In this document: one piece after another, positions 37,204 to 45,396 of the stretch | Numbering within the stretch: position 1 is the first letter of the stretch | How the letters are laid out: each line of letters opens with the position of its first letter | Assembly: GCA_041752595.1 (NCBI GenBank) | Contig: JBGSWE010000004.1 | Location: 151,057 to 215,056, forward strand | Reading direction: 5' to 3' | Length of the DNA stretch: 64,000 bases | From: Candidatus Saccharimonadales bacterium | Lineage (GTDB): Bacteria > Patescibacteriota > Saccharimonadia > Saccharimonadales > JACDBH01 | Translations under genes and position numbers: made by a program | Notes under the pieces: generated by a model | What the model saw: only the letters and a program-made list of their open reading frames with translations | What the model was told of the DNA's origin: nothing | The model's database searches: none

Positions 37204-38712
37204 GTGTTTATGCTTGACACTCCAGTTATTACAGCTATTTATGCTGGATTATTGGGAGTGATATTTGAACTGTTAGGACTTTTGTTTAAAAAAGGACTAT
37301 ACAGAAAAATACTTTATTTAATCTCTCTATTGCTCACTTCTTTTAGCGCTACAGTACTTCTAATTGAATATTTTAATATATTTTCTATTTTCTTATTTTA
37401 CATTGCCTGTTTCAGAGTTTTTAACTTTTCCAGAATTATTTTTGACCGGATGGAAAAAAACAGAAGTTATCATGTTACTAGGCGTACGAGCTTAATGCTT
37501 ATACCAATGCAACTCGTTAGTATTGGGTTTTTGTACTTAAGCGTAGTTAATAATATCGCTATAGACTCATTATTGTTTACGCTTGTTTTTATAGTTTTTT
37601 TTGTAAATATTGTTATTTTAATTTCCCTTAAAAGAAACCTATATAAAACAAGTATTAAACATAGCGAAGCTAGCGCTAATCATCATCTACCGACAGTAAG
37701 TATTTGTATACCAGCAAGAAACGAAACGCTTGATTTAACATCTTGTTTGGAATCGATACTGGCAATTGATTACCCGAAGCTAGAAATCATTGTTTTAGAT
37801 GATTGCTCCCATAAACAGACTTCTGACATTATCAAAGGTTTTGCCAAGAAAGGAGTTAGATTTATTAAAGGTGGCCCAATAATGAAAGGCTGGCTTGCTA
37901 AAAATCAAGCCTATCAAACGCTTGCAGAAGCCGCTAGCAGTGATTTTTTGTTTTATTGCGGCGTCGATGTGCGGATGGATAAGTATAGTGTTACGACACT
38001 TGTTAATACGATGCTTTACAGAAACAAATCAATGATTTCAATTTTACCTAGGACTAAAATAGAAAATACAACTCATAGCTTACTGCAACCAATTCGCTAT
38101 TGGTGGGAACTAGCTCTTCCAAGAAGGTCATTCAACCGGCCACCAGCCCTTAGTACGGCATGGATGATTAAGCGAGATGTATTATTAAAAATCGGTGGTT
38201 TTAAGGCTGTAAATAATACTGTAGTGCCCGAAAGTTATTTAGCAAAAGAGCTGTCAAAGACTAATCAGTATAGTTTCATCAGATCAAATTCCGAGCTAGA
38301 AGTAATTACTGCTAAAACGTACTCTGATCAGAAAGACACATTCATTAGGCTTCGTTATCCTCAACTAAGAAAAAGACCAGAATCGGTACTTGTTTTAAGT
38401 CTTTCAGAAATTGCGGTTCTATTTGTTCCCCTGTTTTCACTTGCTTACGGTCTTTTATTTGGGCATTATATTCTTTGGTCACTAGCACTTATAAACTGTA
38501 TAGTTTTATATTTTGTACATTATAGAATCTTAAAAGTATGGCTAGTTGGAAACAGTTTTTATTCTTTTGTAGCATTTCCAATTTCTGTTTTAGTTGAAAT
38601 ATGGTTATTACACTTGTCTATGTGGAAGTACGAGTTTGGTGTTGTTGAATGGAAGCAGCGCAATATCTGCATTCCAGTAATGCAAGTAATTCCTCGTCTT
38701 CCTAAAATATAG
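37204..38712 (+). CDS. Membrane-embedded GT2-family glycosyltransferase
   Basis: 502 aa. N- and C-terminal TM bundles flank a GT2 core (VSICIPARNE...IIVLDDCS). The start may be the ATG at 37210. Confidence 0.75.
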   Translation: MFMLDTPVITAIYAGLLGVIFELLGLLFKKGLYRKILYLISLLLTSFSATVLLIEYFNIFSIFLFYIACFRVFNFSRIIFDRMEKNRSYHVTRRTSLMLIPMQLVSIGFLYLSVVNNIAIDSLLFTLVFIVFFVNIVILISLKRNLYKTSIKHSEASANHHLPTVSICIPARNETLDLTSCLESILAIDYPKLEIIVLDDCSHKQTSDIIKGFAKKGVRFIKGGPIMKGWLAKNQAYQTLAEAASSDFLFYCGVDVRMDKYSVTTLVNTMLYRNKSMISILPRTKIENTTHSLLQPIRYWWELALPRRSFNRPPALSTAWMIKRDVLLKIGGFKAVNNTVVPESYLAKELSKTNQYSFIRSNSELEVITAKTYSDQKDTFIRLRYPQLRKRPESVLVLSLSEIAVLFVPLFSLAYGLLFGHYILWSLALINCIVLYFVHYRILKVWLVGNSFYSFVAFPISVLVEIWLLHLSMWKYEFGVVEWKQRNICIPVMQVIPRLPKI

Positions 38713-38714
38713 AA

Positions 38715-39860
38715 TTATTTTACTGCTTCAGCTACAGGCTGTACTTTTGATGGTTCTCGGCTAGGTATAAATATATTAAATGTTGAACCAACATCAATTG
38801 TGCTTTCTAAACTAATAGTTGCCCCAATAAGTTTAGCCAGTTTGCGCGTTACATAAAGTCCCAGTCCAGTACCAGAGCTTTTGCGGGTTCTATAGTCTTC
38901 GGATCTGAAAAATTTATGAAATATCTGTTCTTGGTCGCTTTTGCTCATTCCTATTCCTGTATCAATAACCTTAAACATTACTCCACCCTTTTCAGGACTT
39001 GCATTAATTGTTATGGACCCACGTTCTGTGTACTTGATTGCGTTTGTTATAAAATTCTGCAATATTTCACGAACGTATAACGTGCTCGAATAGAGTAACT
39101 CAAGCTTGGGATCACACTCTATAATAAGTTGTAGATTTTTCTTTTCGGCACTCGGGCGATAGTTGTCACCAATGGTATTCATTAGCTGGGCTACATTTAT
39201 CGACACAAAATTAACATCGAGTGTGCCGTTCTCGGCACGTGATAATGTTGATAAATCGTTTATTAAACTTGCAAGAAACAGAATTTGATCTCTTGCTTGA
39301 TTAACAGTGTTTTTAACAGTTTCTATCTGTGCGCCTTTATCGATTGCAAGCAATGCATTACTAACATTCCCTTCAGCAATCGTTACGGGAGTTCTAAGTT
39401 CATGACTTACAACACTAACAAATTCGTCACGCTCTTCTTCTAGACTTTTTTCATGAGTAATATCCCTAACCAAAATAACAAAGCCATCCTTGTCATCAGA
39501 GCCATAACTGGGTTTTACGGGTGCAATACTTAGATAAATATTAATTAAACTATCATCAGTGTAGCGAATACGATAGTCTCTTGAAATAATTTGAGTACTG
39601 CAGGTTGAAACCAACCGCGTACTATCGATTGGCTGTTCGCTGCCGTCCAGAATCTTTAGTATGTTGCCGATATATTGACCTTCAATACCGTTGTTGCTAT
39701 CCAATAAATTAAGTGCCGCACCATTATATAGCATAATTTTGCCAAAACGATCCGTGGCAATTACACCGTCGGCCATACTGTTTATAAGAGCACGGAGTTG
39801 ACCGTGTTCCAAATTAATAACCTCTTGATCACTCAAGACAGGTATACTTTGTTCATCCAT
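38715..39860 (-). CDS. Cytoplasmic PAS-domain sensor histidine kinase (orphan)
   Basis: 381 aa. H-box VSHELRTPVT and N/G boxes (NAIKYT, DTGIGM, GTGLGL). It has no TM helix and no adjacent response regulator. Confidence 0.85.
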   Translation of the reverse strand: MDEQSIPVLSDQEVINLEHGQLRALINSMADGVIATDRFGKIMLYNGAALNLLDSNNGIEGQYIGNILKILDGSEQPIDSTRLVSTCSTQIISRDYRIRYTDDSLINIYLSIAPVKPSYGSDDKDGFVILVRDITHEKSLEEERDEFVSVVSHELRTPVTIAEGNVSNALLAIDKGAQIETVKNTVNQARDQILFLASLINDLSTLSRAENGTLDVNFVSINVAQLMNTIGDNYRPSAEKKNLQLIIECDPKLELLYSSTLYVREILQNFITNAIKYTERGSITINASPEKGGVMFKVIDTGIGMSKSDQEQIFHKFFRSEDYRTRKSSGTGLGLYVTRKLAKLIGATISLESTIDVGSTFNIFIPSREPSKVQPVAEAVK

Positions 39861-39904
39861 ATAAGATAATTATACCTTAATAATGCTTGTGCTAATAAAT
39901 ATTA

Positions 39905-40615
39905 TTATTCTTGTGGGGCGATAACTGTTTGATGCAATTTTAATTCTTTGCGTATTTTTTTAGCATTAGGTAATACTTCTTCAAATCGATTCCAGAATTT
40001 TTCTGAATGATCCAGATGCTGTGTATGTACTAATTCGTGCAAAATAACGTAATCAATCAAATGCCACGGTAGTTGCATTAGAAAAAGGTTTAGTGTGATT
40101 AATTTTGTAGAACTGCAGCTGCCCCATCTAGAACTTAATCTTTTAGTATTCAATGATGCATAAGTAAAATCATGCTTTTTAGCTAAGAATTCTAGCCTAT
40201 CTGGAAGGAGTCTATCAGATTGCTTTTTTAAAGCTTTTAATGCTCCTCTTTGTGCAACGGCTTGAACGCCGGGGTTTGAAAATGAATCAATCGACGAATA
40301 AGTTACGTTAATTTGTGTATCGGTTGTTCTGACGGTTGTCTTTTGAATATTATTTTTTGCTATAAAGTGTAGTCGATGCGACCTACCAATTCTATCGTTT
40401 TCTTTAAGTATTATTTGACGCACTGGCTGATGCTCTGTAACCCAGTTTTGTCTAGTTTTAACAAATTCTACACCTGCCTGATAAGGTACCCAATAAGGCA
40501 TGGTTACCCTAAGGCTACCGTCACGGGCAAAACTCATTCTTATATTGCTATTACCCCGTCTTTTATATAGCAGCACCTCACCTACTCCAGGTATATCGAC
40601 ACTTTTTTGGCTCAT
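39905..40615 (-). CDS. YgjP/DUF45-like metal-dependent hydrolase
   Basis: 236 aa. It has the HExxH motif in ILHELVHTQHLDHSEKFW. Confidence 0.75.
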   Translation of the reverse strand: MSQKSVDIPGVGEVLLYKRRGNSNIRMSFARDGSLRVTMPYWVPYQAGVEFVKTRQNWVTEHQPVRQIILKENDRIGRSHRLHFIAKNNIQKTTVRTTDTQINVTYSSIDSFSNPGVQAVAQRGALKALKKQSDRLLPDRLEFLAKKHDFTYASLNTKRLSSRWGSCSSTKLITLNLFLMQLPWHLIDYVILHELVHTQHLDHSEKFWNRFEEVLPNAKKIRKELKLHQTVIAPQE

Positions 40616-40623
40616 AATTTAGC

Positions 40624-41286
40624 TTAACGAAGTACAATATTGCGACGATGATTGCGTTCGTCTTTTGGTTGTACTGGAGGAACAAGGTTTACAAGTTCGG
40701 GCTTAATCATTTTTGAAGAAACAGCTGAAGTTTTAACAACATCCATATCTGCAAGTTTCTTGAGCGTAGAGCTCAATTGTCCAGTAAAAGTGTGTTTGCC
40801 GCTAACTACTACAAAATCTTCCGTAGGTTCTGGGTGTTGCATATAGCTAGCAAGTTGTTTAAAGGCTTCTACATCGTATCCAACTGCGTATCTATCATCA
40901 TGCTTGCGACGGTCTCGCTTGTTATTTCGTACGTATGCAGTATCTGCATCTACCTGGAACCAAACAACAATTGTTGCCGCCTTGTGCTTGCGTGCTAGTT
41001 CTCTTAATGCGCGCCTTTGGCTGGTGCGTAGAGCATTCATATCGTAAATAACACTTATTCCAGCATTCAAGAATTCACCGGTCATATATTCCATAATTCT
41101 ATTTAGGGCAAAGTTTTCTTGTTTGGTAAATTTGGGTTGTTCAAAAAGTTCATGGCGTATTCTGTCTTGTTCTAAGTGTGCAGCTGCAAATACTTCATTA
41201 AACTGACGCGCAAAATAAGTTTTACCGGCTCCAGGAAAGCCATATAGAAGTATCAGAACCGGCTGGTTTGACTGTATTTTTACCAT
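40624..41286 (-). CDS. P-loop kinase-like ATPase
   Basis: 220 aa. Walker A YGFPGAGKTYFA, with an AAA_33/zeta-like layout. Confidence 0.6.
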   Translation of the reverse strand: MVKIQSNQPVLILLYGFPGAGKTYFARQFNEVFAAAHLEQDRIRHELFEQPKFTKQENFALNRIMEYMTGEFLNAGISVIYDMNALRTSQRRALRELARKHKAATIVVWFQVDADTAYVRNNKRDRRKHDDRYAVGYDVEAFKQLASYMQHPEPTEDFVVVSGKHTFTGQLSSTLKKLADMDVVKTSAVSSKMIKPELVNLVPPVQPKDERNHRRNIVLR

Positions 41287-41410
41287 ATTACATACATTTT
41301 ATATCACCTACCATAAAATAAGAAATACCAAACAGTAAATAGATGACAAATTAACAGATATGAGGTATCATTGACCCTGATTTATAATGTATAAATTGAC
41401 CATATATTTT

Positions 41411-41485
41411 AGGGGTATAGTACAACGGTTAGTATAAAGGTCTCCAAAACCTTAGATCGTGGTTCGATTCCACGTACCCCTGCCA
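41411..41485 (+). tRNA. tRNA-Trp (anticodon CCA), CCA encoded
   Basis: Cloverleaf fold. Acceptor stem AGGGGTA/TACCCCT, anticodon stem AAGGT/ACCTT with loop CTCCAAA, T-arm CGTGG-TTCGATT-CCACG. Confidence 0.9.
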
Positions 41486-41570
41486 AGTATAATAACTTTT
41501 ATTCTAAATGTCGTTTACAATTACACTTCTTATGCTTTGAGTTTAATACCTAGATATATACAATTTTTTT

Positions 41571-42215
41571 ATGAGCAATAGTAACGAAGAACTCAACGAA
41601 TTAGCAATTGAAGCCCATGATAGGTTAATTATTCTAGGAAATATTGCTGTTTCTTTTGCACAAGTAGAAAGATTGACAGTTTATTCTAAAGGAAATTTTG
41701 AAAATGATTCAGAGCATAGTTTTCATCTTGCGTTATCAGCTACGGAACTAGCCGCATCGTATTATCCAGAACTAGATACAGGCTTAGTTTCACAATTCTG
41801 CTTAGTTCATGATTTGCCTGAAATATATGCAGGAGATGTACCTTCTTATGATTTGTCTGATGAAGAGCGTAGAAGTAAAGAAAAAGCCGAAGCTATTGCA
41901 ACAGAGAGGTTGCTATCAGAATTACCACCACATATTGCTGATTTACTAAGTAGATATGAGAAACAAGAAGAACCTGAAGCTCGATTTGTAAGGCTAGTAG
42001 ATAAATTGATGCCGGCAGTTATACATGCTATTGCCAGTAAAGACAACAGAGAGATATTTCTACAGAAATACGGAATTAAAACAATTGAAGAACTTGAAGA
42101 ACGTAGTGTCCGTAGAACAAACGAATTAATAGAAATGTTCCCGGAGTTTGATTTAATTCATATGATTAGAATTCTTACTTCATCAACAGCTCGACGCAAT
42201 TTGTTTGATGATTAA
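41571..42215 (+). CDS. HD-domain phosphohydrolase (YfbR-like 5'-nucleotidase)
   Basis: 214 aa. It has the H...HD...D motif set (SEHSFHLAL, LVHDLPEIYAGD, LVDKL). Confidence 0.75.
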   Translation: MSNSNEELNELAIEAHDRLIILGNIAVSFAQVERLTVYSKGNFENDSEHSFHLALSATELAASYYPELDTGLVSQFCLVHDLPEIYAGDVPSYDLSDEERRSKEKAEAIATERLLSELPPHIADLLSRYEKQEEPEARFVRLVDKLMPAVIHAIASKDNREIFLQKYGIKTIEELEERSVRRTNELIEMFPEFDLIHMIRILTSSTARRNLFDD

Positions 42216-42230
42216 GTATAATAATGTGCT

Positions 42231-42300
42231 AGAAGTACAAAGTTAGCATAAAGGTCTCCAAAACCTTAGATCGTGGTTCGATTCCACGTACCCCTGCCAA
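42231..42300 (+). pseudogene. tRNA-Trp pseudo-copy / att-like direct repeat
   Basis: 42248-42300 is a 53-bp perfect copy of 41434-41486 (tRNA positions 24-75 plus 1). The D-arm region is about 80% similar. The 5' acceptor strand is not complementary, so it cannot fold into a tRNA. Confidence 0.85.
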
Positions 42301-42309
42301 ACTAATTTA

Positions 42310-43869
42310 TCATTGTTTTTCTGCCAAAAGTACTGCATCTGAATAACCAGATGGATAAGTAAGAGGCAATGTGCCACTAGCTTGAAATGTACCCATAGTA
42401 ACCGTTGCAGCATTCGTAGGATTAAACCATAATAACTTAATGGAACCACTACCGAATGACGCTAGATTAATTACAACATTTGATCTATTTGTTGGTATAT
42501 AGGCAATACCAATGCGATTATCAACAGATCTGGCTGATGTTGCATAGGTGTTAGTATTTACTGTTCCGTATCCGTTTGAAAGCATCTTTACACTGTTTCC
42601 AGCTTTGTGATCCGGCACTAATTCTACCTTATACTTGTTCATAAAAGCAATTAGACGTGCAACATCTTGACCTGAAGTATCCTGCATTGCATTTCGCCAT
42701 CTTGTGTCTACATCCCAAATATCCTCATGTCCATAACCATAGCCAACACCGCCACTAGTAAATGTCCAATAACCCTGTGATCTTAATCTACGGTTATCTG
42801 GTATCTGTTCTGGGAAATTATTAAGTCTTGGAAGTGTATTTCTTGCGTCGTACCATGCTTCGATTGTTATCACTGGTCTTATAGGTGAATTGTTATAATC
42901 CTTTATAGCTTCAATGTACGTTCTTTCGTCAGGATATGAGTATGACACTGTAAGCCATGCTTCATTATTAAAATATTGCGTAACTGAGTCGTTTCGGCTA
43001 GCGTGGTATCCCATTAAATGTCTAACAGACTCATTATTTCTGATAGCATTTGCCATGTTTTTTGTTGCTTGTACTTTGTCACTTTTATCTAAATTAGTTG
43101 GTACTTTAGAAATTGATTCGACTGTAACGTCAGGATCATTATCCCCACCCATAATCCACATTAGATTTTTCTTGTCTCCAAAACGCTTAGCGACGAATGT
43201 TCCATAGGTTGTTGCGTTCGTATTGTTTATATACGGACGCCAGTCTTCACCCCCATACCCATACCAAGCTGGAGCGAAGTTTATTTGTATGTTTCGAGAA
43301 GCAGCTTGGTCAATAATATAATCAATGTGATCCCAGTAATCATAGTCGGGACTAGATGCATTCGATGTTCTTGCACCAACTTCTTTAGGAGTAGATATAT
43401 TATATTTATCAGTAAAAGGAGCATCTCCGTAAATATTCGATATATTAGTGCCCTTATCTGGCATGGCTAATATATGCATTTGTACAGTATTGAATCCTTT
43501 CGCTTTTCTATCGTCTAAATGAGAAACTATATCTGACTGATTCATCCTTGTTGAGTGCAACCAACCCGTATCAGCGTAATAATAAAAAAACTTGTTATCT
43601 GCAGTTATAAATGATCTCCCATTAGCACTAACCTTGATTGGATATGTTCCACCGCTTGGCGGAGGTGTAACAGGTGTACTAAAAACAATCGAGGAACCAT
43701 TTGACGCAAGTGTGTCGCTGTTTTTTGAAACATTAGCACTAAGAGTACTGTTCTCTGCTTCATAAACAATAGATGGCAGGTTTGCTGCGATTAAACTTGG
43801 TAGATAAATCAAACAAATAATTGATACTACAGCAATAGAAATTTTTAAATTCTTTTTATTTATTAGCAT
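42310..43869 (-). CDS. Secreted glycoside-hydrolase-like protein (DUF4038/GH5-GH140-like)
   Basis: I place the start at Met21 of the tracked ORF, which gives a signal-peptide-like N-terminus. YYYADTGWLHSTRMNQSDIVSHLDDRKAKGFNTVQMHIL resembles the (beta/alpha)8 hydrolase DUF4038 N-terminus. Confidence 0.55.
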   Translation of the reverse strand: MLINKKNLKISIAVVSIICLIYLPSLIAANLPSIVYEAENSTLSANVSKNSDTLASNGSSIVFSTPVTPPPSGGTYPIKVSANGRSFITADNKFFYYYADTGWLHSTRMNQSDIVSHLDDRKAKGFNTVQMHILAMPDKGTNISNIYGDAPFTDKYNISTPKEVGARTSNASSPDYDYWDHIDYIIDQAASRNIQINFAPAWYGYGGEDWRPYINNTNATTYGTFVAKRFGDKKNLMWIMGGDNDPDVTVESISKVPTNLDKSDKVQATKNMANAIRNNESVRHLMGYHASRNDSVTQYFNNEAWLTVSYSYPDERTYIEAIKDYNNSPIRPVITIEAWYDARNTLPRLNNFPEQIPDNRRLRSQGYWTFTSGGVGYGYGHEDIWDVDTRWRNAMQDTSGQDVARLIAFMNKYKVELVPDHKAGNSVKMLSNGYGTVNTNTYATSARSVDNRIGIAYIPTNRSNVVINLASFGSGSIKLLWFNPTNAATVTMGTFQASGTLPLTYPSGYSDAVLLAEKQ

Positions 43870-43986
43870 TAAAAAAATATTATCTATCCTGATATTTATA
43901 ATATGCTTCATTATAAACAAGCTTAACAATTATAAAATATATAGTAAATATTCTTTTCAACAGAAGAAACGGAAGAATAGATAAGT

Positions 43987-44295
43987 TTATGAATCTTTTG
44001 TCTTTTTAGCCCTTCTTTCTTCAATTACTGTTGTACGTTTTTTCATGCGTAAACTTAAAAAGGTTGTTAGTAACCCAATTCCTATTAGTAAATAAAAAGT
44101 TGTTACAAACTTTCCAAGATCGGTTTTGGGCGTGATATCACCGTATCCTACGGTAGCTAAACTGACTACGGAAAAATAGTAAGCATCTAACCAGCTCAAA
44201 TCTTCTTGAAAGTGGAAAAATACTGTACCAAATGCTATTGAAAGTATCGCTAGGAATATTATGCTTCTATATAAAACTTTTTCACTTTGAGTCAT
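43987..44295 (-). CDS. Minimal two-TM potassium channel
   Basis: 102 aa. Two TM helices flank a pore helix and the selectivity filter TVGYGD. There is no cytoplasmic gating domain. Confidence 0.8.
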   Translation of the reverse strand: MTQSEKVLYRSIIFLAILSIAFGTVFFHFQEDLSWLDAYYFSVVSLATVGYGDITPKTDLGKFVTTFYLLIGIGLLTTFLSLRMKKRTTVIEERRAKKTKDS

Positions 44296-44355
44296 ACAAC
44301 AAATAATACTTTTAACTAACTATTATTACCAGTCGTATTTTATTTAATGAAGCAA

Positions 44356-45087
44356 TTAGCGTAGACCGAGTTTTTTGGTACATGCAGGCCATTGACCCCA
44401 GCCGCTTCTGGCTTGCAAAATCTGTCCACGCAAAATCTGTTCTTCGCGGCTATTCTGATGCGGTAAACCAGTACCACCAACAGCTCTCCAGGTGCTAGGC
44501 AGGAACTGTAGTCCACCAGAGTAACCATTGCCAGTATTTATTGCCCAGTTTCCGCCAGACTCACATGCTGCTAACGCGTCCCAAACGCTACCATCTATTA
44601 CTGCAGGTGCGTTCGAAACAATCTTTTTATTGGTTGATTTAGGGACTTCTTTTGCAATAGGTTTTGGTGCTATTGGCATTACGCGGGATGCAATAACTTC
44701 GTTTGCTATAGGTATTACTATTTTCTCACCAGGATTAATAATATTTGGATTTTCTATAAACACATTTGCATCAAATAATCTCTGTACGGTGACAGCTTTT
44801 TCTTTGGCAATCTTGGATAAACTATCTCCTGCACTAACTATATATACTTCAGGAGCAACTACTGTAGGTGTTTCAATTTCCTGAGCAACTTCAGTTGTTT
44901 CTAGTACTATTTGTTCTTCCGTTTGATATGAAGCAGTTAATGTATCAGTAACAATAGCAACCTCACCAAGTGCAAATGTTTGTTTGGTTGGTGTTTGGTT
45001 TAGAGTTGTTGATGATACGGTTTGACCACCTACTAGCGACACTAATGCTGCTGTAAATAAACTTGCTGATAACGCTGGTATGCGCAT
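44356..45087 (-). CDS. Secreted LysM + Rpf-type (resuscitation-promoting-factor-like) transglycosylase
   Basis: 243 aa with a signal peptide and a LysM domain (YIVSAGDSLSKIAKEK..NPGEKIVIP). The C-terminus WDALAACESGGNWAINTGNGYSGGLQF..WGQWPAC matches the Rpf domain, including the catalytic Glu and the Cys pair. Confidence 0.85.
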   Translation of the reverse strand: MRIPALSASLFTAALVSLVGGQTVSSTTLNQTPTKQTFALGEVAIVTDTLTASYQTEEQIVLETTEVAQEIETPTVVAPEVYIVSAGDSLSKIAKEKAVTVQRLFDANVFIENPNIINPGEKIVIPIANEVIASRVMPIAPKPIAKEVPKSTNKKIVSNAPAVIDGSVWDALAACESGGNWAINTGNGYSGGLQFLPSTWRAVGGTGLPHQNSREEQILRGQILQARSGWGQWPACTKKLGLR

Positions 45088-45262
45088 GATTTTCTATACT
45101 CCCTTATACCCTTGTCACTGCAGAATTTAAGTTGCGTTTAATAAGCGCTACTTAAGCTACTGCTGAAATACCCTCTTATACTATTTTTTTGCCATAAACG
45201 GCAGGAATTTCAGGGTTAAATTTGTGCTTCTCCACCTCACGAGTAAAAAAGACACAAATTTA

Positions 45263-45291
45263 AGCTTAGCAAATTGTGAAATATATGTCAA
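45263..45291 (-). promoter_or_regulatory. Candidate promoter of the Rpf-like gene
   Basis: Minus strand TTGACA (45291-86), 17 nt, then TAAGCT (45268-63). This leaves a leader of about 170 nt. Confidence 0.45.
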
Positions 45292-45348
45292 TATTTACCA
45301 AAAGCATTTTGTAATAACTATCTGTTAATAATAATTGTTTTATAAAAT

Positions 45349-45380
45349 AAAAAACTAGGCTACTTTCGGGTGTAGCCTAG
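45349..45380 (-). terminator. Rho-independent terminator after the rhodopsin gene
   Basis: 9-bp stem CTAGGCTAC/GTAGCCTAG (45355-63 / 45372-80), followed by UUUUUU on the minus strand. Confidence 0.75.
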
Positions 45381-45396
45381 TTTAAAAAAACCGAGC

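Noticed and set aside
42243-42449. 68-aa minus-strand ORF overlapping the tRNA-Trp repeat and the 3' end of the glycoside hydrolase.
   Set aside because: It is composed largely of the tRNA-derived repeat read in reverse and overlaps the better-supported 42310..43869 gene. It is almost certainly spurious.
45088-45262. ydaO (cyclic-di-AMP) riboswitch upstream of the Rpf-like gene.
   Set aside because: Only short, vague similarities to the consensus are present. The hallmark ACGGGGA / GGGUGAAUC / CCGAAUCC elements are not visible. I kept it only as a check (cmsearch RF00379) under the Rpf finding.
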